From assembly GCA_029210625.1 (NCBI GenBank), contig JARGFU010000007.1, positions 27,742 through 91,741 of the forward strand: 64,000 nucleotides of DNA. The letters run 5' to 3'. The position numbers were made by a program, and so were the translations under genes. Below are positions 16,875-27,727 of the stretch, piece after piece. Within the stretch, counting starts at the first letter, position 1, and every line of letters starts with the position of its first letter. This DNA is from Deltaproteobacteria bacterium. Lineage in GTDB: Bacteria > Myxococcota > Myxococcia > SLRQ01. The notes beneath the pieces are model-generated. The model made no database searches. It was not told the DNA's origin and saw only the letters and a program-made list of their open reading frames with translations.

Positions 16875-18034
16875 TCGAGCCCGGCCACGCGCAGCGGGCC
16901 GCGGGCCCGCCACCAGGCCGGGAAGAGGGGCGGCGCGCCCTCGCGCAGCTCCACCGGGCGGCCCTGCACCGGCGTGAGGATCAGCGAGCCGGTCTCCGCC
17001 GCCGCGATCAGCAGCCGGTCACCCGGCTCGTGCCAGTCGTGGAGGGCGAGCGGGAAGGAGGCCCAGTGGATGGGGAGCATCACCTCGCCCCTCAGCTGGC
17101 GGTGGGCCTGCAGGGCCTCCTCCGGGTTCAGGTGCATCTCCGCCCAGGCCTCGTCGTAGGCCCCGATGGGCAGGAGGGTGAGATCGAAGGGCCCCTCGCG
17201 CTCGCCGATCTCGGCGTAGCCCGGGAACATCCCCGAGTCGCCGCCGAAGTAGACCCGGTGCTCCGGCCCCCGCACCACCCAGGAGGCCCAGAGGGTGCTG
17301 TTGCGGTCGGTGAGCGAGCGGCCGGAGAAGTGATGCGCCGGGGTGCAGACGAGCGTCACGGCCCCGAGGTCGCTCTCCTGCCACCAGTCGAGCTCGACGA
17401 TCTTCGAGGAGGGGACGCCCCAGCGCTCGAGGTGGGCGCCGATGCCCAGGGGGACGACGAAGCGCTCGGTGCGCGTCTGCAGCGCCTCGATCGTGGGCTG
17501 ATCGAGGTGGTCGTAGTGGTCGTGGGAGATCACCACGGCCTGCAGCTGCGGCAGGTCGGTCAGCGGGATCGGCGGCGCCTGGAAGCGCTTCGGGCCGGCC
17601 CAGGCGACCGGCGAGACCCGCTCGCTCCAGACCGGGTCGAAGAGGATCTGGGCTCCATCGAGGGAGAGGAGGACCGAGGAGTGTCCCATCCAGGTGACCC
17701 GCAGCCCGGACGCGGGGGGCGCGGCGAGCTCGGACGCGCTGGGCCGGGCGCGAGGGAGGGGCTTCGCCGGGGAGCGGAGGTTGTCGTCGAAGATCCGCCC
17801 CAGGGCCTTCCAGGGCTGGTGGGGGCGAGGCTCGGAGAGGGCGACGTTCAGGAAGGTGCCCTCTCCGAAGTTCGGGGAGGCCTCCATCCTCGCCAGCCGG
17901 GGGCCGGTCGCCCGGGCGCCGAAGGCCGCGCCGCAGCCGGTGGAGGCGAAGGCGAAGGCCACGAGGGCCAGGGTGCCGAGGCCCAGGCCCGGCAGGAGCC
18001 AGCGGCGGAGGGTTCGGCGGAGGGGAGGGGCCAT
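16871..18034 (-). CDS. MBL-fold metallo-hydrolase (NAPE-PLD/RomA-like)
   Basis: WMGHSS, DPVWS, SHDHYDHLD, PAHHFSGR, PIHW; start uncertain (18034, 18091 or 18106). Confidence 0.9.
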   Translation of the reverse strand: MAPPLRRTLRRWLLPGLGLGTLALVAFAFASTGCGAAFGARATGPRLARMEASPNFGEGTFLNVALSEPRPHQPWKALGRIFDDNLRSPAKPLPRARPSASELAAPPASGLRVTWMGHSSVLLSLDGAQILFDPVWSERVSPVAWAGPKRFQAPPIPLTDLPQLQAVVISHDHYDHLDQPTIEALQTRTERFVVPLGIGAHLERWGVPSSKIVELDWWQESDLGAVTLVCTPAHHFSGRSLTDRNSTLWASWVVRGPEHRVYFGGDSGMFPGYAEIGEREGPFDLTLLPIGAYDEAWAEMHLNPEEALQAHRQLRGEVMLPIHWASFPLALHDWHEPGDRLLIAAAETGSLILTPVQGRPVELREGAPPLFPAWWRARGPLRVAGLD

Positions 18035-18104
18035 GGCTTCACGATAGCCCTCCGTCCGGGAGGGACCAGCGTCCGGGTGCGGGGTCGTCATCGGTTTGCG
18101 CTCC

Positions 18105-18160
18105 AAAAGAGAAGGGGGGCGACAGCAGAGCCTCCGGGGAGGTCTCCACCGCCGCCCCCC
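18105..18160 (-). terminator. Rho-independent terminator
   Basis: Minus strand GGGGGGCGGCGGTGGAG...CTCTGCTGTCGCCCCCC followed by TTCTCTTTT; its G-U pairs form only on this strand. Confidence 0.6.
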
Positions 18161-18177
18161 GCGGGGAGGAACAGGGT

Positions 18178-18255
18178 CTAGTTGGCGTCGATCCGCGCCA
18201 CGGTGCCGTCGTTCAGCTGGGCGGCGAGGAACACGTTGCCCATGCTGTCGTTATC
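18178..18255 (-). pseudogene. 3' remnant of a gene, resembling the last blade of a beta-propeller
   Basis: Reads DNDSMGNVFLAAQLNDGTVARIDAN* with GC3-rich codons, followed by a terminator. Confidence 0.45.
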
Positions 18256-18946
18256 GAGGCGGGGACGCCGGCCTCGGAGGCGGCGCGACGGATCCGGGAG
18301 GCCCCCGCGGCGAGCGAGCCGGTGGTGGTGACGGCCAAGCCCGGTCGATCGGGCGCCGCTCCTCCAGGGGGCCTACGAGGCGATCCTGGAGTTCCGGCCC
18401 CGCCGCCTCGAGCAGATCCTGCTCCGGGTGGAGGGGAGCCTCCCCGCGGCCCGCCTCTTCGAGGAGGTCCTGGTGCCGCTGATGGTGCGGGTGGGGGAGG
18501 GCTGGCACCGGGGCGAGCTCGGCGTCGCCCAGGAGCACCTGGCCTCGGTGGTGGTCGATCGGCTCATCACCCGGCTGCTCGGCAGCGTGCAGCCCCTCGA
18601 GCCCACCGGCAAGGCGCTGCTCGCCTGTGTGGAGGGGGAGCGTCACGTGCTGCCGCTCCAGGGCGCGGCCCTGCGCCTCACCCAGCAGGGCTACCGGACC
18701 CTCCTCCTGGGCGCCGACACCCCGGCCGAGGCCCTGGGGGAGGCGGTGCGGCGGCTGCAGCCCGAGCTCGTCGGGCTCTCGATGACCCCGGACGTGCAGC
18801 GAGCGGATCCGGCCGCCTTCCTGGCCGCCTCCGCCCGCGCCTGCGCAGGCGTGCGCTGGGCGGTGGGCGGCGCGGCGACCCGCTCGCTGGCTCCGCTGAT
18901 CCGCGAGCTCGGCGGCGAGCTCGACCCCGGAAGCGGCGGCGGCTGA
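18253..18946 (+). pseudogene. Truncated, frameshifted CarH/LitR-type cobalamin-binding MerR regulator
   Basis: IEAGTPASEAARRI (end of a MerR HTH) in one frame; shift near 18340 into the B12-binding part with W-x9-EH (WHRGELGVAQEH) and EGERH..., LLGADTP, GLS, VGG. Confidence 0.7.
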
Positions 18947-18953
18947 CCCGGAT

Positions 18954-19115
18954 CTAAACCAGAAATCACGATTCCCGATCACGCCTGGCTTGCAGGCCGC
19001 ACCCGCCTGCGGCGTCAGGCCTCGGTCACCTAGCTAAGGCTAGGCTCCCTCACCCTTCCTTGCATCCGGGCACGTCCGCGGCGCCATCCGCTGTTCGGGA
19101 ATCATGATCTCTGGT

Positions 19116-19119
<4 letters not shown>
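18954..19119. mobile_element. ERIC-like MITE with 28-bp imperfect terminal inverted repeats and TA target duplication
   Basis: CTAAACCAGAAATCACGATTCCCGATCA vs reverse complement of 19092-19119 CTAAACCAGAGATCATGATTCCCGAACA (25/28); central GTCAC-CTAGC-TAAG-GCTAG-GCTCC hairpin. Confidence 0.75.
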
Positions 19120-20786
<1,667 letters not shown>

Positions 20787-20919
20787 GGGCCGGCATCCTA
20801 CACCGGAGACCCCGGCTTGCCCGATGGGATCGTGGGGGCGACAATGTGAGCGGGGGGGGTCGACCCAACAAGAGCCGGTGCCCGGGGGGTGCCGGCATCA
20901 GCCCGAAAGACGCCCCACG

Positions 20920-22272
20920 ATGATCGAACGCGGAATCTTCGATCGCCGCACCCAGACCCTCTTCGCTCTGGGGCAGGTGGTGGCCTCCCTGGGCTTCGGG
21001 TTCGGGGTGCTGGGGCTGGTCCTCCACGATCTGGACTTCGGCGCCATCAACCTCCTGCCGCCCCTGGTCGGCGCGCTCGGCGGGGGGATCGCCCTCTGGT
21101 TGCTGGGCGCGGGCCGGGAGCGGGCGGGGGCCTGGGTGTTGCTCTCGAGCGCGCTGGTGGCGGTCACCGGCTCGATGATGTCCATGGGGGGCTTCTCGGG
21201 TCAGAGCCCGACGATCTTCGTCTGGCCGGTGCTCATGGCCGGGCTGCTCCTGGGCCAGCGTCACGCCTTCCTCGCGGCCGCCCTGGCCAGCGTCGTCCAG
21301 GTGACCCTCGGCCTCCTCGAGCTCGGGGGCCTCTTCTCTCCCTCCCTCCCGCCGACGGACCCCAACCTGCGCATCCTCGCGGTGGGGGTGCCGGTGGTGG
21401 TCTTCTGGCTGGTGGCCCTGCTCTCCTGGCTCTCGGCCAAGCACCTGGGCGCCGCCCTGGAGGTCCACGCCCAGGTCCTCGACCACGCCGAGCAGGAGCT
21501 GGGGCCAGTCGCCGACAGCCTGGCCTCCAGCATGGAGCAGCTCCTGGAGTCCACCACCGAGGTGAGGGTGCGGACCCGCGAGCTCTCCCGGGGGGCCGAG
21601 ACCCAGGCGGCCTTCCTCATGCGGGGCCGGGGCTCGGCCGAGATCGTCGCCACCTCGACCCGCGAGCTGGCGCAGCGCGCCCGGGACGCCCAGGGAGCCA
21701 CCTCCGAAGCGAGCCGGCTCCTCGAGGAGGCGGTGCGGGTCTTCCAGGCTCTCAACCGGCGCCTCGAGGGCATCGACGAGATCGTCGAGACGATGCAGGG
21801 GCTGGCCGAGAGGACCGACATCCTGGCCCTCAACGCCACCCTCGAGTCCGCCCGCGCCGGCGAGTACGGTCGCTCCTTCGGCCTGGTGGCGGATCGGGTC
21901 CGCGAGAGCGCCGAGCTCACCGGCCAGGCGGCGCGCCGGATCGGAGATCTGAACCGCACGATCGAGGCGGACTTCGAGCTCATCGGTGCCTCGGTGGAAC
22001 GGGTCCGCCAGGCGATCCACACCGGCGAGCGGCTCGCCACCGACACCGTCTCCGCGATGTTCGAGCAGGAGACCTCCTCGCAGGCCATCGTCGAGGCCCT
22101 CACGGAGCTGGCCATCAGCGCCGGCGCCTCCGCCCGCTCGGCAGAGCAGATCGCGGTCACGGTGGATGAGCAGGGTCAATCCGTGGCGTTCGCCACCGAG
22201 AGCGCCGGGCGGGTCGCCGCCCTGGTCGAGGCGATCCAGCGCCGGGAGAAGGTCGAGGACGAAGAGCCCTAG
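20920..22272 (+). CDS. Methyl-accepting chemotaxis protein-like receptor
   Basis: Multi-TM N-terminus; tip TDILALNATLESARAGEYGRSFGLVAD. Confidence 0.82.
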   Translation: MIERGIFDRRTQTLFALGQVVASLGFGFGVLGLVLHDLDFGAINLLPPLVGALGGGIALWLLGAGRERAGAWVLLSSALVAVTGSMMSMGGFSGQSPTIFVWPVLMAGLLLGQRHAFLAAALASVVQVTLGLLELGGLFSPSLPPTDPNLRILAVGVPVVVFWLVALLSWLSAKHLGAALEVHAQVLDHAEQELGPVADSLASSMEQLLESTTEVRVRTRELSRGAETQAAFLMRGRGSAEIVATSTRELAQRARDAQGATSEASRLLEEAVRVFQALNRRLEGIDEIVETMQGLAERTDILALNATLESARAGEYGRSFGLVADRVRESAELTGQAARRIGDLNRTIEADFELIGASVERVRQAIHTGERLATDTVSAMFEQETSSQAIVEALTELAISAGASARSAEQIAVTVDEQGQSVAFATESAGRVAALVEAIQRREKVEDEEP

Positions 22273-23207
22273 CCGAAGTGCACCGCGGAGAGGCGGATGC
22301 CGAGGATCTCGTCCCGGTAGGGCAGGCTGGCCGCGTCCTCCCCGGCGGCGCCGGCGATGACGTGGAGGGGCAGCAGGTGCTCCTCCCGGGGATGGCAGTG
22401 CCGGGCGTGGGGCGCGCGCTCCCACTCGACCAGGGCGGTGTCCCGTCCGTCGGCGTCGCGGCGCACCGCGGCCTCGAGCCAGTCGTCGAAGGCGGCGGCC
22501 GGCCCGGCGGGCGCCGGCCCCCCCTGGAGGGCGACGAGGAGGCCCTGCAGGTTGTGGTAGCTCATGCCGCTGCCCACCAGCAGGATGCCCCGCTCGCGGA
22601 GCGGCTCGAGGGCTCGCCCGAGGGCGAGGTGCTGACGGGGGTCGAGGCCCCGCACCAGGGAGAGCTGGAGGGTGGGCACCTCGGCCCCGGGGTAGGCCAG
22701 CTTGAGCGGCACGTAGGTGCCGTGATCGAAGCCGCGCTTCGGGTCGGCGCCGGCGGCGATGCCCGCCGCCGCGAGGAGCTCGCTGACCTCGGTGACGACC
22801 TCCGGCGCGCCGGGCGCGGGCCACTGCACCTCGTAGGCCTCCGGCGGGAAGTCGAAGTAGTCGTAGAGCATCGGCGGCCGGGGCGAGCTCTGCAGGGTCG
22901 CCACGCTCTCCTCCCAGTGGGCCGAGATCACGAGGATGGCGCGCGGGGGCGTCCGGGGGAGGGCCCCGAGACCCTTCAGGTAGGCCGCCATCCGGTCCCA
23001 GGTGCCGGGAGGTCCCAGGGGATCGTTCACGAAGGGCCAGGGGCCGCCGCCGTGGGGCAGGAAGAGGGCGGGCATCCGGGCGGTCGTCATCGGCTTCTCC
23101 TCACGTGGACGGACCCGGCTCTGGCAGGCCGGGAGGGCCGCGGCCGCGGCGAGGGCGCCGAGCCTTCGCAGCGCCTGCCGGCGGCCGATGAGGTGGGGGT
23201 CGCGCAT
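22269..23207 (-). CDS. Class III extradiol dioxygenase (DODA/YgiD, LigB family)
   Basis: LFLPHGGGP, ISAHWE, RGFDHG, GSGMSYHN, HPREEHLLPL; alternative start at 23090 with GAGGAG SD. Confidence 0.92.
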   Translation of the reverse strand: MRDPHLIGRRQALRRLGALAAAAALPACQSRVRPREEKPMTTARMPALFLPHGGGPWPFVNDPLGPPGTWDRMAAYLKGLGALPRTPPRAILVISAHWEESVATLQSSPRPPMLYDYFDFPPEAYEVQWPAPGAPEVVTEVSELLAAAGIAAGADPKRGFDHGTYVPLKLAYPGAEVPTLQLSLVRGLDPRQHLALGRALEPLRERGILLVGSGMSYHNLQGLLVALQGGPAPAGPAAAFDDWLEAAVRRDADGRDTALVEWERAPHARHCHPREEHLLPLHVIAGAAGEDAASLPYRDEILGIRLSAVHFG

Positions 23208-23267
23208 GGGCTCACCCCGGAAGTCAAAACCCCTCCGGGGAAGGCGCCACCTGGGGGCCGCGCGCCT

Positions 23268-23984
23268 TCAGGCGGTCCGGCGGGCCACCGCGAAGAGCGA
23301 GGTCCCCATCGGCAGGGGAGCGCCCCAGCGCAGGAGCGTCATCTCCAGGGCCATCAGCCGGTAGAAGAGGCGGTCGAGGCGGGGGTCGAGCTCGAAGTAG
23401 CTCAGCGAGGAGCGGTCGCGGCCCCGGTCGAGCCAGCGGTGGGCCGCCAGCGGAAGGAAGAGGGTGCAGGTCCAGTAGCCGAGCCGCTCCAGCTCGAGCC
23501 CGGAGAGGAGGCGCTGGAGGGTCGCCCGGGAGTAGCGCCGGTGGTGGCCCAGCGCCCGGTCATGGGCGCCGTAGAGGAAGGCGTGGGCCGGCACGGTCAG
23601 GAGGAGCGCGCCGCCCGGCCGCAGCACCCGGCGGATCTCGGCCAGGGCGACGTGGTCGTCCTCGACGTGCTCGAGCAGATCGAAGGCGGTGACCACGTCG
23701 AAGGTGGCGTCGGCGAAGGGCAGGGCGCAGACGTCGCCGACCTGCTTGGCCTCGACCAGGGCCTCGGGTACCAGCGCGACGGCCTCCGGAGAGGCGTCGA
23801 GGATCTGGACCCGCCCGTGACGGCGGATGACCTCGAGGTCCTCGCCCACCCCGGCGCCCACGTTCAGGATCGAGAGGTCCCGGGCGGGGGTGTGGCGGCG
23901 GAAGAGCGAGGCGATGAGATCGCGCTTGGCCCGGAACCAGAAGTAGTCGGCGGGCACGCCTCGCTGGTGGTCGCGGTAGTCCAT
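23268..23984 (-). CDS. Class I SAM-dependent methyltransferase
   Basis: YFWF, NVGAGVG, LPFADATFD, LRPGG..LTVPA, HHRRYS. Confidence 0.88.
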   Translation of the reverse strand: MDYRDHQRGVPADYFWFRAKRDLIASLFRRHTPARDLSILNVGAGVGEDLEVIRRHGRVQILDASPEAVALVPEALVEAKQVGDVCALPFADATFDVVTAFDLLEHVEDDHVALAEIRRVLRPGGALLLTVPAHAFLYGAHDRALGHHRRYSRATLQRLLSGLELERLGYWTCTLFLPLAAHRWLDRGRDRSSLSYFELDPRLDRLFYRLMALEMTLLRWGAPLPMGTSLFAVARRTA

Positions 23985-24003
23985 CGGCTCCCCCTGCCGG
24001 CCC

Positions 24004-25431
24004 TCAGGGCTGGTGCAGCTCGGTGAGGCGCTCGACCAGCGCCTCGTCGGGAGGCGGCGTGAGCAGCGAGGCGACGACCATGACGAGCGCGCTGGCGCCG
24101 AGGCCGAGGAGGGCGCCGGAGAAGGTGGGCAGGGCCTTGGAGAGCTCGACCCCTGCGTAGACGCCGGCGCCCGAGATCATGGAGAGGAGGCCGCCGAGGG
24201 TCGTGGCCCGGCGCCACCAGAGCCCCGCGACCAGGGGGACGAAGAGCCCGGCGGCGAGCAGGCCGATGGCCAGCGAGTAGAAGATGGTGATCAGCTTCGG
24301 CGGCGAGTAGGCGAGGAACATCGCGACGAGGCCGATGATCCAGGGCACCGCCAGGGTGACGGCCTTGCGCGTGCCCTCGCTCGCCCGGGCCAGGCGCTCG
24401 CCGAGGAGGTCGTGGGTGACCGCGGCGCTGCAGGCCAGCAGCAGGGCGTCGGTGGTGGACATCACGGCGGCCAGCACCGCGGCGACCGCCAGGCCCCGCA
24501 GGAGGGCCGGGAAGTGCCCCTCCATCACCGAGAGGAAGACCCGGTCCGCGTCCGCCAGCTCGGGGAAGAGGCTCTTGCCCACCGGCACGATGACCAGCAC
24601 CGCGGCGAGGATCATCACGCTGTAGAAGATCATCGCCAGGTTGAGGGAGAGCCTGGCGCCGGCGGCGTCCTTCGCGGAGAGCACCCGCATGACGATGTGG
24701 GGCGTCACCGGGATCGCGGCTGCCCAGAGGACGAAGATGCCCACCAGGCTCGCCAGGGGCTTGTCGAGCATCGTGCCCAGGGCGGGGGCCGCGGTGGTGG
24801 CCTCCGTGAGGAGGGTCAGGGGGGAGCCCCGCGAGACGAGGAGCGCGCCGGCGGTGATCAGGATGACCCCGAGCATCAGCACGCCCTGCACGATGTCGGT
24901 CCAGGTCACCGCCAGCATGCCGCCCACCGAGACGTAGGCGACGAAGACGACGGTGGCGATGGTGACGGCGGTCTTGTACTCCAGGCCCAGGAGCACCTCG
25001 GCGGTGATCCCGGCCGCCTTCATCTGCGCCACGATGTAGACGCTGAAGGAGAGCAGGATCAGCAGCGGCACGAAGGTGCGCACCGCCGGGTGGGGGTAGC
25101 GGAAGACGAAGAAGTCACTCAGGGTGAACTTCCCCAGGCGCCGCAGGGGGGCGGCGACCAGGATGGCCGCCAGAGGGAAACCCAGCACCGCGCCGGCGAA
25201 GAGGGAGAGCGCGTAGGGGATGCCGCCCTTGTAGGCCAGGCCCATCACCCCGATGATCGAGCCGCCGCTGGCCAGCGCCGCCATGATGGCCAGCGCGTTG
25301 GCCCAGACTCCGATCTTCCGCCCGGCCACCCAGAGGTCGTCGGCCGAGGAGAGGCTGCGGCGGGCCGCCCAGAGGCCGATGGCGATGCAGCCCAGGAGGT
25401 AGAGGACGACGAGGAGGGCCTCCAGGGTCAT
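24004..25431 (-). CDS. Sodium:solute symporter family protein
   Basis: WVAGR, VAQMKA, GGMLAVTWTDIVQ, AAVMSTTD. Confidence 0.92.
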   Translation of the reverse strand: MTLEALLVVLYLLGCIAIGLWAARRSLSSADDLWVAGRKIGVWANALAIMAALASGGSIIGVMGLAYKGGIPYALSLFAGAVLGFPLAAILVAAPLRRLGKFTLSDFFVFRYPHPAVRTFVPLLILLSFSVYIVAQMKAAGITAEVLLGLEYKTAVTIATVVFVAYVSVGGMLAVTWTDIVQGVLMLGVILITAGALLVSRGSPLTLLTEATTAAPALGTMLDKPLASLVGIFVLWAAAIPVTPHIVMRVLSAKDAAGARLSLNLAMIFYSVMILAAVLVIVPVGKSLFPELADADRVFLSVMEGHFPALLRGLAVAAVLAAVMSTTDALLLACSAAVTHDLLGERLARASEGTRKAVTLAVPWIIGLVAMFLAYSPPKLITIFYSLAIGLLAAGLFVPLVAGLWWRRATTLGGLLSMISGAGVYAGVELSKALPTFSGALLGLGASALVMVVASLLTPPPDEALVERLTELHQP

Positions 25432-25676
25432 GCCTCGTCCTCCCCGTCGGGGCGCGGGCGCCGCTCGCGCAGGGAGCGGACGACCGCGACGAGGGGAACC
25501 AGCACCATCAGGCCGGCCATCCACCAGCCGAAGAGGGCCACCCCGGCGAAGCGCTCCTCCCGGAGGGCGGGGACGAGGAAGCCCACCGCGGAGAGGAGGA
25601 GGAAGGTCGCGAGGAAGATCGCGTCCCCGCGCTGCATCGCGATCCGGGGCCGGGGCCCGCTCTGCTGCTCCGCCAT
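25428..25676 (-). CDS. Small 2-TM protein, SSS accessory-subunit-like
   Basis: Two hydrophobic helices; ATGA overlap with the symporter. Confidence 0.6.
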   Translation of the reverse strand: MAEQQSGPRPRIAMQRGDAIFLATFLLLSAVGFLVPALREERFAGVALFGWWMAGLMVLVPLVAVVRSLRERRPRPDGEDEA

Positions 25677-25826
25677 GCGCCTACCTATACCGGTAGGGCG
25701 GAGATGGTTCCAGGTCCGCGAGATCATTTGCCTTTTCGACCACGCTCGCATTCCGGCTTGCGCCTGAACCTGTTCGGCCCAGGCTATGCTCGTGACCCCG
25801 GGGGGCCGCGCCAGCAGGAGCCAAGG

Positions 25827-25937
25827 ATGTCCGATCCGACCAAGACCAGCGCCCTGCTCACCAGGCCCCCCGATCCGGTGCAGCTCCGCGAGCTCGTCGA
25901 GGAGTTCCTCTCCCGCTCCACGGCGCTCCCGGCCTGA
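25827..25937 (+). CDS. 36-aa microprotein homologous to the C-terminus of the adjacent receiver protein
   Basis: CAGGAG SD, ATG 25827; ALLTRPPDPVQLRELVEEFL vs ALLTKPLDPDEIRELVKRFL. Confidence 0.55.
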   Translation: MSDPTKTSALLTRPPDPVQLRELVEEFLSRSTALPA

Positions 25938-26024
25938 GGCCCCCGGGTCGGGGTGGCGCTCCTGCCCCGAGACGTGGCAGAACGAGGCGAAACACCTGCC
26001 GGGAACTCCAAGAGGGGCGAGCAC

Positions 26025-26402
26025 GTGGCCGAGCAGAAGAAGATCCTGATCGTGGACGACATGCGGACGATCCGCGCGCTGCTCGGGGCCTACCTCGAGG
26101 GCGCGGACTACCGCTACCTCGAGGCCGAGTCGGGCGTCGATGCGATCCAGAACCTCGTGGTCTACCAGCCGGACCTGGTCATCTCGGACATCAACATGCC
26201 AGGGATGAGCGGCATCGAGTTCTGCAATCAGGCCCGGGACATCCCCGGCTTCGAGGAGCTGCCGGTCATCCTGATCACCAGCGATCCCGAGGCGGCCCGG
26301 GGCATCGGCGACCTGGACGAGAAGCAGAAGAACGCGCTGCTCACCAAGCCCCTGGATCCCGACGAGATCCGGGAGCTGGTGAAGCGCTTCCTGGGCGAGT
26401 AG
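26025..26402 (+). CDS. Single-domain response regulator (CheY-like)
   Basis: GTG start; ILIVDD, DINMPGMSG (phospho-Asp), LITS, TKP. Confidence 0.92.
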   Translation: MAEQKKILIVDDMRTIRALLGAYLEGADYRYLEAESGVDAIQNLVVYQPDLVISDINMPGMSGIEFCNQARDIPGFEELPVILITSDPEAARGIGDLDEKQKNALLTKPLDPDEIRELVKRFLGE

Positions 26403-26403
26403 C

Positions 26404-27720
26404 TCAGGCGGTCAGCTCGGTCAGGCACTCGTCGAGGATGGCGAGGCCGGTCTCGACGTCGTAGTCGTCGATCACCAGCGGCGGGGCGAGCCGGATGGTG
26501 CTGTTGCCGCAGGAGAGGAGCAGCAGGCCCTTCCTGAAGGCCAGCTGCATCAGGTCCTCGGTGAGCTGGGAGTGGGGCTCCTTGCTCTCGCGATCCTTCA
26601 CGAACTCGACGCCGATGAAGAGGCCGACGCCCCGCACGTCGCCGATGACGGCGTGCTTCTCCATCAGCTTCTCCATGCCGGCCTTCAGCTTCTCTCCCAT
26701 CACCCGGGCGTTCTCGAGCAGGCCGCCCTCGATCAGGTCGAGGGTGGCCAGGGCCGCGGCGCAGCCCACCGGGCTGCCACCGAAGGTGGAGCCGTGAGAG
26801 CCGGGCGCCCACTTCATGATCGACCCCCGGGCCACGATGGCGCCGATGGAGATGCCCGAGCCCAGCCCCTTGGCCGAGAGGAGCACGTCCGGGGCGACGC
26901 CGTAGTAGTCCGCGGCCCACATGTGGCCGGTGCGGCCGGCGCCGGTCTGGATCTCGTCGAAGACCAGGAGGATGCCGGTCTCGTCGCAGAGCGCCCGCAG
27001 GTCCTCGAGGAAGGACTTCGGCGGGATGACGTAGCCGCCCTCGCCCAGCATCGGCTCGAGGAAGATCGCCGCGATGTCGTCGGGTGAGACGACGCTCTCG
27101 AAGATGACCTCGCGGATGTAGTCGACGCCGGTCTTCTTGGTCGGCAGGTCCCGGTAGGGGTCGGGGTAGGGCACGTGGTAGACGCCCGGGAGGAAGGGGC
27201 CGAAGCCGGCGCGCTGCTTGGCCTTGCTGGCGGTGAGGCTGATGGCGCCCATGCTGCGGCCGTGGAAGGCGCCCCGGAAGGCGATGAGGCCGCCCCGGCG
27301 CCGCGAGTTGCGCACCAGCTTGATCGCCCCCTCGACGGCCTCGGTCCCCGAGTTGGTGAGGAAGACCCGCTTCTTCTCCGGGCCCGGCGCCGACTTCGCG
27401 AGCCGCTCACAGAGATCGGACATCTCCGGGTAGTAGAAGTCCGTGGAGCACATCGAGAAGAAGCGACCCGCGACCTCTCGCACCGCCTCGACCACCTTCG
27501 GGTGGGCGTAGCCGGTCGAGGCCACCGCGATGCCCGCCATGAAGTCGAGGAAGCGATTCCCATCGACGTCCTCGAGCATGGCGCCCTGGCCGTGAGAGAC
27601 GACGAGGGGATAGCACTTGATGTAGCTGGTGGAGGCGAACTCGGCGTCCTTGGCGACGATGGGTTTGCCCTTGGGGCCCGGCAGCTCGGTGATGATCTTG
27701 GGGTAGTCGCGGGTCGTCAT
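26404..27720 (-). CDS. Class III PLP aminotransferase (GabT/acetylornithine-like)
   Basis: NSGTEAVE, FHGRS, EPMLGEGG, FDEIQTG, AKGLG, STFGG. Confidence 0.93.
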   Translation of the reverse strand: MTTRDYPKIITELPGPKGKPIVAKDAEFASTSYIKCYPLVVSHGQGAMLEDVDGNRFLDFMAGIAVASTGYAHPKVVEAVREVAGRFFSMCSTDFYYPEMSDLCERLAKSAPGPEKKRVFLTNSGTEAVEGAIKLVRNSRRRGGLIAFRGAFHGRSMGAISLTASKAKQRAGFGPFLPGVYHVPYPDPYRDLPTKKTGVDYIREVIFESVVSPDDIAAIFLEPMLGEGGYVIPPKSFLEDLRALCDETGILLVFDEIQTGAGRTGHMWAADYYGVAPDVLLSAKGLGSGISIGAIVARGSIMKWAPGSHGSTFGGSPVGCAAALATLDLIEGGLLENARVMGEKLKAGMEKLMEKHAVIGDVRGVGLFIGVEFVKDRESKEPHSQLTEDLMQLAFRKGLLLLSCGNSTIRLAPPLVIDDYDVETGLAILDECLTELTA

Positions 27721-27727
27721 CTCTCGC

